A DNA stretch of 64,000 nt from Dicyema japonicum. Taxonomy: Eukaryota; Animalia; Dicyemida. The stretch's first letter is position 1. Each line of letters starts with the position of its first letter. The notes under the pieces are model-generated. The model was not told the DNA's origin, did no database searches, and worked only from the letters and a program-made list of their open reading frames with translations. The position numbers and the translations under genes were made by a program. Shown here piece by piece: positions 24,600-38,048 of this stretch. The stretch lies in contig RDEW01000020.1 in the NCBI GenBank assembly GCA_011109175.1, positions 910,755-974,754 on the forward strand. The letters are read 5' to 3'.

Positions 24600-27500
24600 A
24601 TGTCTGAAAAACACGAAATTTGCAACCTAAATGACTTCTCTCTTTTAACGTTCAATGTCAGAGGACTCTCTAGTGCATGGAAAAGAAAAGAACTTTGTGA
24701 AGACCTTTCAAAATACAAGATATCAGTCGGATGTCTCCAAGAGACAAAAATATCGAAGGAGTTTAAAGAACAACATGGAAAGTTTCAGTTAATCTTTCTC
24801 TGGGGGATCAAAACATTACGGACTCGGATTTGCTGTAAGAAAGGACCTACTCCGGCGCATATACAGTTATTGAACAATCAATGAAAGGATTGGGATTCTA
24901 CAAATAACATTGGACGATTATAACTCTCCGAAGAGTTATCTTACTATTATTAACGCATATGCTCCACATAGTGGATGGATCAATTAGAAACCCGAGGAAA
25001 TTGACGACTTTTATGCGAATCTGTCTGATGTTTATTCCAATTATGCAAATTCCACATTAATATGGATGGATCAATTAGAAACCCGAGGAAATTGACGACT
25101 TTTATGCGAATCTGTCTGGTGTTTATTCCAATTATGCAAATTCCACATTAATATTGATTGCCGGTGATCTTAATGCAAAAGTTGGAAGTCGAATCACTAT
25201 AGAAGAAGCATTCATTGGAAGACATGGAAGGGGAAAAAGGAACATTGCAGGAACCTTGTTAGCTAGCTTTTATCAAGCAAATAATCTATTCCTTTGTAAC
25301 ACGGCCTTTATGCACTCAGCAAGACACAGGACAACTTGGTCAGGCAATAGAACTAAGTCTGACGGAAACATTGCGAAAATCTACAATAAATAGACTACAT
25401 TATTTGCAGACAAAAATACCGCAGTATTGTCACTGATCCCCGTGCTTATGGAGGGTCTATAATTGACAGCGATCACAAGATGGTTATTGCCAAAATATCC
25501 ATAAAGAAACTTATGGGTTTGCCAGGTATGAAAAGAAAGTGCAATGGACACACGGAACTGTGGGGGAAGGGATACGTTTTAGACCATCTAAAGAGCAATA
25601 CTATCCAAGGAAAGGAATTCAGAAAATACCTCGATGAGGGATTGGAAGAAATATCAGTAGATTTGGCACCGCAAATTGCGTGGACCTTGGTCAAACAGAA
25701 GATCATGATTGCTGCGGATATAAACCTGAAAGAGGGCTACGTAACTAAAACACCCACTGAAGAAGCAACCGCTTTGAAACTCCTTGCAAATCAACAAAAG
25801 GCGATATGGATACAATGTCTATATATAGATGACAAAAATACGAAACAGCGGCTACAAAAGNTGCGTGGACCTTGGTCAAACAGAAGATCATGATTGCTGC
25901 GGATATATACCTGAAAGAGGACTACGTAACTAAAACACCCACTGAAGAAGCAACCGCTTTGAAACTCCTTGCAAATCAACAAAAGGCGATATGGATACAA
26001 TATATATAGATGACAAAAATACGAAACAGCGGCTACAAAAGGAAAGAACAGTCATCAAAAAGAAAATAAGAAAAGCTGCACGTCGGATATTAAAGAACGA
26101 AACAATAACAAAAATAGAGAAAATCGAAGGCCTTAAAGACAATGCGAAGTTTTATGAAGCTGTCGGACAAATCAGAAAACTACCAAGGAAAACACTGATT
26201 TTACGAGATGAAGAAGGAAAACATATTGCTAACCAGCAAGAAATTGCAGAACTTATAGCGGATTATTTTGAAGCACAATTCGTATCAAAAAATAGTAAAA
26301 AACTCACCATTAACACGGATCAGGGGAAATTAGACGAAGAAATAACTTTGGAAAAAGTGATGACAGCAAGTTACAAACTGAAGGACAATAAGAGTCCCGG
26401 CCCAGATGGCTTAAATGGTGAATTTTTCAAATATAGAACTCAAAAGCTATACATGATAATTGCTTGGATTCTAAACGAAACGTATAGTGAAGGAGCAACT
26501 TTACCACTTGGAGAAGGACTATTGATACCAGTACAGAAGCCAAACAAAAAATCGGGGAAAGTTGAGAACCTGGTCTTTACCAACACATTACGGAAAATAC
26601 TAGCCAATATTACGCTTCAAAGAATGGAGGGACGCCTAGACTCGTACCTGTCGGCTTATCAAAGTGGTTTCCGCAAAGGGAGATCAACGTCAGATGTTAT
26701 ATGGAGCCACAAATGGAGGAGTGCGACTGTTCAAAAATTTAAAATAACGACAAGCATTCTGGGAATTGATATGTCAAAGGCCTTTGTTTCCGTCAACAGG
26801 AACAAACTGCTGCAAATTCTGGAGCACTTCTTGGAAGGCTTAACGATTAGGATGGTCAGGATACTCTTGACAGACACGAGTTTGATGGTCAGGACTGGGA
26901 AAGCTTTATCGGGACATTTGAAACAACAATTGGTACCCCTCAAGGAGATCCATTATCATTTGTTCATTATTTATCTGGAGTCAGCTCTACGAGNATACTG
27001 GAGCACTTCTTGAAAGACTCAACGATTAGGATGGTAAAGACACTCTCGACGGACACGAGTTTGATGGTCGGGACTGGGAAAGCTTTATCGAGGACATTTG
27101 AAACGACAATTGGTACCCCTCAAGGAGATCCATTATCCCCGATTTTGTTCATTATTTATCTGGAGGCAGCTCTACGAGACTTGAAGCCTCATATCAGAGA
27201 AGGCGTAGATCAAAAAAACTAGGATCCCTTCTCGGTGACACCGAAGATATAACACGAAGGAAGACACTAACTAATGTCGCTTTCAACAAAATGAAGAAGA
27301 CCTGGCTTCTGCACAAAGGGCTTGACCCTAAAACTCGAATGAGACTATACAATGCCCTAGTGAGGCCAATCCTATTATATAATGCCGGTACATGGGCATG
27401 TACAGGGCAGGAACTCGAAAAGTTGAATTCTTTTCACAGAAATCATCTCCGAGCACTCCTTTCTTCCCGAAGCTTTTTCAAAATGCCGTCCGAAATCTTA

Positions 27501-27860
27501 TACAAGAGAACAGGAACTAAGCCAATATCATGTGATATTACTGATTCAAGATGGAGGCTCTTTGGACACATACTCCGCCACGATATGGGGACCCCTGCCA
27601 ACATAGCAATGGAGGAGTATTTTGTCTTAGAAGCTTCTCGTTTCCGCGGCCGGCCGAGGACAACACTGCCGGTTATTCTAGATGAAGATCTCAAGAGGAT
27701 TGGAAAGTGCCTTAAAGATGGGGACGATCTAGATATGCTACGGAACATGGCAACGGATCGAAAAAGATGGGGGACGTTAATTAGATTGTTAACTTTTCGT
27801 GTTGCACATGCTTTGTCATGATCTTGGCATCGCGTACGTGCCTATAATAATATAATTGGC
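24600..27860 (+). mobile_element. Second RTE-like APE-RT LINE family, inactivated
   Basis: TFNVRGL, LQETK, GDLNAKVG, SDH, KSPGPDG, QSGFRKGRST, IDMSKAF, GTPQGDPLSP, RWRLFGHILR, RGRPRTTLP; the YADD region is deleted near 27210. Confidence 0.85.
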
Positions 27861-28695
27861 CAGCATAGATTGGTTCTACAAGACTGCATTGTCCAGGTAA
27901 AGTGAGTTATTCTGAGGAGTACCAACACTGATCGCTAATGTTTCCGAATAACTTTTACCGACCTTCACCATCAGACAAGCATCTGCCAACAAAAATCGTA
28001 TAATCCTTAGTCAGTCCACGTCAATAATGTCTTTGAGGACAAGCGCTTGTTTATTTCGACAGAATAGAAACCTTTCGAAAAGTCAACTCCCAAAATGTAC
28101 ATAATTTTCTGTCATTGGCTCATGTCCATAAGCCATTGACGACTCTAAACAATACCAGCTGTTCCCCTTCCCCGTCTAAATCCACTTTGACTTGATATCG
28201 TTCTACAGAACTTTATATCCGACTGAGCATTATAAACTTTTTGTCGCAATTCCCCATAAATATTATCAATTCTAGTCGCTCTGTTATTATTCAACCTCCA
28301 GAGATCTTCAAAAATTCCGGTTTCATTAAATGAACGAGGGTCCCACTCGAACTGTGAAAATGATAAAATGTCATTCCCATTAAATTGCTTGGTAAGGGAT
28401 CTGTTATGTCCATTAATAATCGCTTTGTGTCCAATACAAGGTTACTGAGCTTGTCTTGTATTTTTAAATTAGTTTTAGCTGATCTTCGTTTGAGTTAACG
28501 CACACTCATAACAATTAAATATCTCCACTTTCATCACTCGTTTGCCGGAAAATGATTGGCGTACTTATTCTTGATTTTGTTATGTAGTCAATTAAAATTT
28601 GATTATGTTAATCTTAGTTCGAGGTTAATGCAATGGGTTGCCCATAGGTAACGCGTGGCCCATGTCACATAATATTACTTATTTGTAATACGGCC

Positions 28696-29134
28696 TCATA
28701 AATTCAGTACGATCATGCGTGGGCACAAAGAGGAACACCGAGCCAAGATGAGGTCCCTAATGGAAGCATTGGGATCCGTGGTAATTAGTTTGGTTGTACC
28801 ATGGTCATGTGATGCTAATAAATAATAAGCACTCCTAACAAAATTATCAAATGTAGTCGAGTCGCACGTCAAAACCGTGGGCACGGGAAAAGAGCTGATG
28901 AGATGACCAAGATCACTCGTGTTGGATATGACATTCTTTGATACATTCACTGCTAAAATATTGCACTGACGTCTCATTCTGACTGCCCAAATCCCCAACT
29001 GAGGAAACTAAAGAAATGACTTGGTCGTTTTCAAAACCTTTGAAGAGGTCGTTGACAAAATTGGATATTTGATTGTTAGTTTCAAATAGTTTTCGCAGCG
29101 TCTTGGTATGTACATCGTTCGCTAAAATACTCAA
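28696..29134 (-). CDS. Putative spliced orphan gene; 5' end unresolved
   Basis: A 22-nt GT-AG intron (28999-29020) joins ORFs 28913-29134 and 28696-28998 in frame; no recognisable domain. Confidence 0.4.
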
Positions 29135-29313
29135 TTTCTCTTAGCAGTTGGAAATAGATTTGTTAAGAATCCTGGTTAAAGCAAGAAATAAATCTTAACA
29201 TGGACAATTAAGCAATAATTAATTTGCGTGTTATTAGTACTTTTAAATTAACTGTAGTAATTCGAAATTATTTATTAAAAGTCAATAAAAATATTTTAAT
29301 TAAAAAAATAATA

Positions 29314-29907
29314 CAGTCCAACCTCGGAACACCAAGCGTTACAAAAACCGAGGTTGCTCCAAAAATCACGGGTTTAAATTAAAAGTTGTAGATAATCTTA
29401 TGAAATAATAATCTATAAAAAATCTTAAATTTTATTTTTGTGTATGGAAAAAAAATGTTCAATTTTACTCCCAAATCCATATTTCCTTTTCACGCTCAGC
29501 TGCAGTTTTTTCTAAACGAGTGAAACTCAGGGAATCGGTAAATTATTCCAAATCATTAATTTGTTTGAGGGTTCCCATTATTGTTTCATTTTCTATCAAT
29601 TCACCGTAATACATCAACATAGACTTTTGTGCTAAAAATCAGCGAGAATAGATTTTTTCGATAGAAGAGCGATTTCAAGTTTTTCTTGGAATTTTAGGCT
29701 CATCAAGAACACCACAAGGATATTAAATAAGCGTGGTTTTTTTTAATTAAATTAAAATAAACCATTAAATAAGTTATAATTAATTAATTTTGTTCAACAT
29801 CGAGGTTTTTGGTCTTTTCTACTTTAACGCCAATCCTACCAAGTGTTCAAAAATCTGAGGTGTTCCAAAAACCAAGGTGAGGTTTTCTCCAAATGGAGGT
29901 CGGGTTG
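29314..29907. mobile_element. Tigger/pogo-type non-autonomous element
   Basis: TA-flanked imperfect TIRs: CAGTCCAACCTC at the left, GAGGTCGGGTTG at the right. Confidence 0.55.
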
Positions 29908-30099
29908 TATGTGAACTGACCATTAAATTATTGACGTCAGAGATTTATTAAGACAACCGCTGACGGCTTTGTGTGATTATTATGGAGGTCGGGTTGTATG
30001 TGAACTGACCATTAAATTATTGACGTCAGAGATTTATTAAGACAACCGCTGACGGCTTTGTGTGATTATTTCTTTTGTCAAATACTGCTATTATGAAAA

Positions 30100-33000
30100 A
30101 TGTCATTAATACGGAAATATACGCGATTTTCGAATAAAATGAAGAACAAAGAAAAGGCTGCTTATTTTATATATTCGAACAGCACAGCCGACAGAAGCAA
30201 GACACTTACAGAGAATCCAGATTCCATCGGGTTGGACACTCTTTTTCTCGAATTGTCTATGTCCCCTTTATTCAACGTGATACGAATGCCTGATGATCAA
30301 GTATGCATGACTTCCAATCTTCAAATTCTCGACATTTCTGGGGAAAATGGAATTCTAACCAAACAGTGGGTCGATTGTGGGTCTTATAAGTATCTTAAAA
30401 AACTGATTTTGACTGATTCATCGCAACATCATTCCATAATTGATGAATTCTTGAATAGAGCCATCAATCTGCGCTATTTGTTGCTGAGAAACATCAAACT
30501 ATCCACAATTCCAGTAAATATATCAAATTTGCAGAATATTGAATTTCTAGATCTTTCATTCAATCAAATCGAAGAAATAAACTCACTAATGTTCCTGTCG
30601 AGCCTCCAAAAGCTCATTCTCGACTTTAACAAAATAAAACGAATTGAACGAGCTAATTTTCACGCCCGTTCACTCCAGCATTTGTCGATTATGGGAAATT
30701 CAGTTCAAAAAGTGACCATGGATTTGATTGCTGCGAGACAACTCAGGTTCATTGACCTTTCAAACAACGGAATAACGGTTTTTCCATGTGAATNTAGATC
30801 TTTCATTCAATCAAATCGAAGAAATAAACTCACTAATGTTCCTGTCGAGCCTCCAAAAGCTCATTCTCGACTTTAACAAAATAAAACGAATTGAACGAGC
30901 TAATTTTCACGCCCGGTCACTCCAGCATTTGTCGATTATGGGAAATTCAGTTCAAAAAGTGACCATGGATTTGATTGCTGCAAGACAACTCAGGTTCATT
31001 GACCTCTCAAACAACGGAATAACGGTTTTTCCATGTGAATTACTACTTCTTGAGTCGATTAAAGTGATAAATTGCTCACATAACCAAATCAACACAATTC
31101 CAATAATTACATTTTTGGGAAAACAATCTCCAATTAACCTAATTGACATTTCCTACAACAAACTCCACATTCTTCCCTATAACATGATCACCAGGACTGA
31201 AATCCTGGACCTCACCCATAACAAGATCACAAAACTCAGGCCAAAATACTTTCGAAATTTGTCTAACAAAATAAATCACGTACTTTCGTCATCGTAATTT
31301 AGAAATTATATTTAACCGGGAATCCCATCGAAGGACTGAGTCCTGATATTTATGAGAATGGCTTGTCTACTATAATTCGTCATTTCAAGTATAATTACGC
31401 TGCCCACATGGTTTCGGTTTATCAATATTCTAGCAATATCAAGGCACTAGTATTCTCCTCGTAGGAAACGCTAATTCCGGTAAAACCACGTTGATTCATT
31501 CCATTGTGCAAGATCACGGAGTTTACTCTGAATATCGGCCTTCAGTTGGGATATCCATGTATGACGAAGTAGAATTGTTGTTTGATGATAACATCGGTAA
31601 CAAGATCTCTGTAAGCACCAACTTTGTTGAATTAGCTGGGAGTCCTAGCTATCGTGGTCCTCTGGAAGACTTTTATAATCAAATTTCAATTGTCTGGTTG
31701 GTCGTAAATATGAGACAATACGAGTTTGATGGATTCGAGAACTGTGTAAAACCATGGCTAGATATCTTGGCTTATCACACAACCGAGAAACATCTTTTTG
31801 TGGTATGCACCCACAAGGATATCTGTAAGACCGACTCAACTCAGATAATTGAAAAAATTAGAAATCAAATAGAAAATTATGTGTATTACTCATTCGAGTA
31901 TATAAGAAATCTTAAAACATTGATGACTAATGCTGACAGCAATGCCCCTGCTATTGTTGAATTCATAAGAAGAATATCACTAATATCCACAAAACCAATA
32001 TTAAACATTCACTACGTACCCTCGTTTGATTATTGTAGGTTGATGAAGCCAGTAGTACCACCATGATTGGAGTAGAACAGCTGATTAACAAAACGAAACA
32101 AATTATTAGAAATTATTTCCCCAATGCTTTAAAACTGGTCCCTACCCGATGGTTTCCCTTCATAGAATACATGTCATTTATTCCCGAGGACAACGAAGAA
32201 AGTAAGAAATCCGCCAAAATGTTAAAGTTTGCAATGGATGTAGTCCCTGTTGAGCAGATTCAGAACTCAGTGGCTGCTGAATTGGGAATTGTCAATCAGA
32301 CCATGCAAATTTTACATTATCTTTCAGAAGTAGCATTTCACTCTATTTTAGAGTCAGAAAATTATATGGAACAAGGAATCGACGTTGTTTAAAGCAAACA
32401 TAGTCACAAATCCCTTAATAATTGGAGGTATGATCTCCAAACTATTCCATCATGACATTGAAGCATTCATTTCTTCCTTGAGCCAGGAAACTATCATGGA
32501 TAATGATTTTACAGCCAAAGAACTCAACAAAGTTATAGGTCAGTACAAACAAGGGATCGTATCAGCATCTTTGTTACGTCTGATTTGGACTCACCACCAC
32601 AGCAATATTGTCCAATTCAAAAAGAGTGGTGATGAAAATCTCTGTTACATGCAAAAGCTAGCAATGATAAGAGATAACTTCAAGAGTATTTACTTCAAAA
32701 AATCGAAAGGTTATTCTTGTTTGTGATTCAAGAATTTGATACAATTTTGTTGCCGGATTTGTTCCCAACGGCAGCCATTATGACCGATACTCGATTAAAA
32801 GCCTTAGGAAGTAATCCCAAGTTGAATGTGTGTTTCTTGTTCGTAAATGTTTTCCCAGTTGGACTAATGGCCAAATTGATTGTCACCGTTCAACAGAAAA
32901 TGTCACTAAACAAAAGCTGTGAAAGGTGGAAATATGGAATTCTCGGTTATCTCCACAAAACAGACTTAATACTTATGTTAAGACATTTTACCCTCCAATC

Positions 33001-33561
33001 TGACCATTGTCCAATCATCAAGTCAATAACAGAGGCACGTGCGTCAAATAAAGACTCATTTGAGTGTGTTGAGGTTATAAATGAGTTATTATTAACAGTT
33101 TTGTATTTTTCAGACCACTTCAACTATAAATTCTCCTAAAAATCATGACATGAGTTCTGAGAGTGCCTCTCGTAAAAATAGCCACTCCTCAATTTCATCT
33201 GACTTTATTTTACATGGACGTGTGGAGAAATCTGAATTAACTTGCTTATGGAGTTCTCTCACGTCGATTCTCCACGAGTGTTACCAAATAATAACCGACT
33301 ATCAAGGTAATGGTAAGGATAAATTATCAGGATGTCCTGCACTCAGTCTCACATCATGTCCACACTGTCTCAACTATACATTTGGGAGTTATTGGTACTG
33401 TCATTTGGATTTGGAAGCCAAGGTTGATTTGAAGTGCTCGCATTGCTCGTCAAAGGTTGATAAGGATTACATAATCCCAACAGTACCTCATAAAAACAGA
33501 GGTAATTTTGATTAATAAATTGTTAGATCAGCTTGTACTACAACTAATGTCCCCCAAATAA
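30100..33561 (+). CDS. Roco protein (LRR-Roc-COR, C-terminal CxxC pairs), MFHAS1-like; spliced
   Basis: LRRs (LDLSFNQI, IDLSNNGI), P-loop GNANSGKTT, ELAG, VCTHKD, COR-like region, CPHC/CSHC; seven 22-25 nt introns join all ORF pieces. 30795-31038 is an N-joined duplicate. Confidence 0.85.
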
Positions 33562-33689
33562 TATATTTTTCGTTACTAACAATGTATAAAACAACAGGGA
33601 TGTTATTTATGTTGAAATTTATTTCTCGAGTTTTTGTGTGAGCATTTAGCTCAATACTCCATTAATTTGTTGGACATATTTTCACTATT

Positions 33690-34400
33690 TATTACCCCCG
33701 GTGCCTACGAATGAAGGAAATCATCGTAGATGTGGAAGAATGGTCGCCGCTAATGGTCTTCACCCTCTCTCGGAAAAGTGCTGGAAAGAGTGCAATCACT
33801 GAGTTATTGCGTGGAGACTAAAAGAGGTCAGATTCCATTCCAGTTATAGCCCTCGGACTAGCCTCAGAAACAAAAGGCCTGACGGAACAACTTTCTTCCT
33901 ATGGTAAAGTGGTCGCCACCTGTGTGGATAGCCTCTCTCCCTCTAAACTTGCTATGGCTGCAACTAACCTAGACTTAGCCTCGGATAAGTTTGAGATCAT
34001 AAAGATGAAGAAATACGAATGTCTCGGTGGATAGTTTATTTTTGAACCAGTCGTCGTGGAAACGTCGGGAATCATAGGAAGCAGGTCATTGATTCATCTA
34101 AACAGAATAGGATTGCAAAGATGATAGAAGAGAAAGTAACTGGCTCACTGAACGAATTTCCTTGCAATATTTTTAATAATTGTTTTTCCACGAATCGAGT
34201 TGTAATGCCAAATTCTGTCGTTAATGTNCTCGGTGGATAGTTTATTTTTGAACCAGTCGTCGTGGAAACGTCGGGAATCATAGGAAGCAGGTCATTGATT
34301 CATCTAAACAGAATAGGATTGCAAAGATGATAGAAGAGAAAGTAACTGGCTCACTGAACGAATTTCCTTGCAATATTTTTAAGAATTGTTTTTCCACGAA
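33690..34400 (+). mobile_element. CRE-like RLE fragment
   Basis: KRPDG, ATCVDS and FEPVVVETSG motifs, degenerate. Confidence 0.65.
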
Positions 34401-35530
34401 TCGAGTTTTAATGCCCAAATTCTGTCGTTAATGTCCCAGTATTGGGATATATTGGAAGACAGGTCATTTCTTACGAAAAATCCCAAGTCATAGTGTTTTG
34501 ACTCACTAGGTAAGAAGAATAGATGATAGTCTCCATGACGTTATTGAAGTACATTAACAATTGATCTTCCTGAAGGCATACGAATGCGAATTTATATTTC
34601 TTTATGTCTTGGTGCAAGACTTTCTTTTTTAGATTTTGAATAGTCCCTGACATTGAACGTAAACATCAAAATTACCCCCGGTCCCTTAGAGTGAGGAACA
34701 TGTCCAATCTTTATACTTGCATTGAACGCGTTCCTAAGGACTTTGAATAGGATTTCCAAGGCTTCATTAAACCTTCCTGCTTTAAGGGGGAATCGCAGTA
34801 ACTCGTCGTTTATTGAGTACATCTTTCTGACAAAGTTAACAAAGTATTTTCTAATCAGATCTGCCATTTTTCATCTCGCTTGATTGATTCCCAGCGGGGT
34901 TTCGGGCTCAGGATGCCTTAACAATAATTTTTAATTCGTGATGCTTCTTCATGATTGATAGACATTCACGACCATGATTTTTATTTTCCGATTAAAGGTC
35001 TCTTCAGTATCAGAGTCACACAGATAGTTTAATTCTCTTGGTGTTTGTTCAGTAGTATCCGGATACGCTCACAACAAGCGCCTTTCAACTTTTACTCCAA
35101 ATATTTATTGCTTACAAATGACTTTTCTTTCACGGAAGCTTTACAATATCAGAATTATTCATCTGACTCTCGATCATGATGCTATGCTTTTTTTTCAAAG
35201 ATCCTTTAGCAGTGCAGTTCTTCGGACTTTTCTAGCACTTGTCATCCTCCGTTGCTTAGCTGGACGATTCGCACTTCACATTTAGATTCATCCTGGGTTT
35301 GGGCCCACTCAGATAAGTTGCGTGAATTTTCTCATCAGTGAACTCTCTTTATTTTTACAGAAACAGAATATATATTTATACCCCCGTCGCACCTTTTTGC
35401 AAATTCATAAGTGATTTCCACCAGTCTAATCGAAAAACTTAGGCGTATTAGAAAGGCATCTTCCGTTCTCGACTTAATACTAAACTTTACAACACTGAGT
35501 CTCCTTCCATTTTGTTATTAACCCAAGACG

Positions 35531-35650
35531 CTGTCATCCGAAGAGTCCTTCTTCGGATGGGGAATAGCTAATGGTCCTTTTTTGCGGTGCATTATGTGCA
35601 CCTGAGCGTCTCTAGAACTTTCATAACTGGTAGGCCACATGACGCCACGT
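35531..35650 (-). ncRNA. Structured LINE 5' module (copy B) plus downstream 10-bp hairpin
   Basis: Homologous to 43986-44106; stems GGCGTC/GACGCT, GGTGCA/TGCACC, CATCCGAAGA/TCTTCGGATG. Confidence 0.5.
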
Positions 35651-36194
35651 TTTTAATTAATGTATATTCCATTTTTAACTTTAATGTATTAAGAATATCG
35701 TTATATTATACTAAACATATAGTAGACGGATAATCATTATCTAGATATTTATCAACACTCGTCTAGTAAACACATAAATAACAAACTACTCTACACGAAA
35801 TTTAGCTTATCGATTAAAGTCAAAGAAACTCAAAAATTTCTTAAAAAGCAATAATTAAATAGTTATGCAACTTTTAAGCAATACATAACTATAGCCAGTC
35901 GTCGTGGAAACATCAGGACTCATAGAAAGCAGAACAATGACCCCGATGAACCGCGTCTGATCGCTTATCGCAATGAGAAAAAGGATGAGAGAATGGAGCT
36001 GGCTTATTGATAGCATTTCCTTACTGATCGTCAGGAGAAATGCACCACTAGTAGTTGTTAACTGTTTGTGTTAAATAAAATATTTTGAAATATTAGTGAA
36101 TAAATTTTGTCCCGGATTTAAGCTCAAAATATCATTTTAGTCTCTTTTAATAAAAATAATTTAAAAAAAAGGATTAAAGAAAGAATAAAGAGCA

Positions 36195-38048
36195 TCAAAT
36201 AAATAAGCGACAAACGTCATCGTTATAAGTAAAGAAAAGAGTGTCAGCCAAAGTACTCTCAACGTTATACTCAGACACAACATCAGAGAACTAACATAAT
36301 CAACAAAACCAACCGGTTTATAATTGGTCTCAGTAATCGGCTTCATATTGAAGTGAGGCCCAAAATTAGCAGTAACAGTGGCATTCTTATAAATAGAGAT
36401 AGCAGGAAAGTACTCGCCATCATACAATCCACGAAAGGCCACACCAGCACTCACTCCATTCTTGAATAACTCAATCTACCACAATAACATTATTCTAACG
36501 TATGAATCGGGCACCACATTCAGATCTCTCTTCAGTTCATTTAAATCAACCTTCTCCTCGAAGTAGAAACTCCCACGATATCTCATCAGCGGCTAATTGT
36601 ATAAACAAACAACCATTGTTTTAAGTGACTGCATTTTGTAACAAGGATTATTTGGCATGTGAATCATAAACCCGAGAACATCCCCCTCGTCAAAACCATC
36701 GGAGAAATGTTTCCCTCTGCTTTTATGAAACACTGTCCCTTTAAGGGACCTCCATGAATAGCTCAACTCGTCATACCCACAAGGAGCCTGTGTCGTCGCT
36801 GATATTAACAACCAAATTACCGAATCTTTGAGAGAAACCGAGCCTAACATGGGAATTATCGGGTCGGGAGGTAAATGCACACTCCCAATACCACGTGCCC
36901 TGTGAAATACCTATATAGGAAAAAGAAAAAAACCATGTGAGGCTCTAACCAAGGAATATCCCTTCGACCCAGTAGCTCCCATCATATTTTCAGCCATTTT
37001 GAGTTGGTGAGCTCTATCAACATATGAAAGATGTATTTTGGGGGACTGCCAGATTCTGTATAAGAATGAAGGAATGGGCTTGTTGTTGGAGGTATCAAGG
37101 CATTCTTCAAACTTATCCTGAAATGGAGCATTCGGGTCAGGTACAGCGTAATGCCAACAGTAACCCTCACGATTGAAGGGATGTTCCAATGGAAATCCAT
37201 CCGAGTTTAGCTTAACCGATTGATCCCTTCATTCATTAATACATTACTTTTTAGGCCTGCTCTTTATTACGCTCTCCTTTTTAGAAATACTTCGTTTAGA
37301 GCCTTCATGATATAGATCGGAGATGTACTGCATATGTGATGAACTGAACAACAACGGAGATATTGAACTAAGGGACTACAATTGGGTAACTTAAATACAT
37401 GTGAGTTTAGGGAGAAGTACATTGGAATGTCAGTTGTATCTTCTGAGATTGAGGGATGTGGGGATGTACTGCATATAAATGTATCCTTGTTGTCGATCTT
37501 AGATTAAGTGGTTGACTACCAAGGTGTCGTGAACGATCTGTCTCCACGTGTTTTGGGGACGCTTGGAAATTGTGGTGAGGGAATCCCAATGGGAGTCAAT
37601 GAACGACACTATATCCGTGTCCACGTGATAATATTCTCTCCAGTTGTTATACTCAGAGTCGAGGGAAAAGAGATTGGCAAGAGCGGTGTGACAGAGCTCC
37701 AGGATTCCTGTGAGATGATTAAACTACAAAACCGGCCTCCTTTCTACGGAAGAATTCGAGTCCATCAGGGGAACAATTTCGACAAACAAAGTTATAGTTT
37801 GTGGAGAAGAGAGCCATTGACCTGGAATATTACAAATGAGTACGAGACATAGTTGTCCACACAGGAGGAATGATACCAACAACAACAACCGGCACAGAAT
37901 ACTTCTACTTCTGATGGTCGTCGACACCTTCCACTAGTAAGTAAGAAAGATTTGGTAACCAATAACATGTCTTTTGCTTCATGTCAGTGTCCTCGTTCAT
38001 TATATCAGAAAGATCACAAACTACCATATCTTCCAAATTACCTTCCAT
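36195..38048 (-). CDS. ASH2L: Set1/MLL complex subunit ASH2L (PHD, winged helix, SPRY, SDI); spliced
   Basis: TCYCG..EVEVFC..WYH, LEHPFNREGY, RASHG, WYWE, QAPCGYDELSYSWRS.KGT.FH.SRGKH, YFPAISIYK, NFGP, ESTLADTLF. Confidence 0.95.

Noticed and set aside
30547-31038. Apparent LRR expansion with a frameshift; similar near-identical tandem copies around single N bases (e.g. 20611, 21353, 23165, 25861, 34228, 41928, 47207, 50564, 55085, 60587, 63393)
   Set aside because: Single-N joins flanked by overlapping near-identical sequence indicate unmerged contig or haplotype overlaps, not biology.
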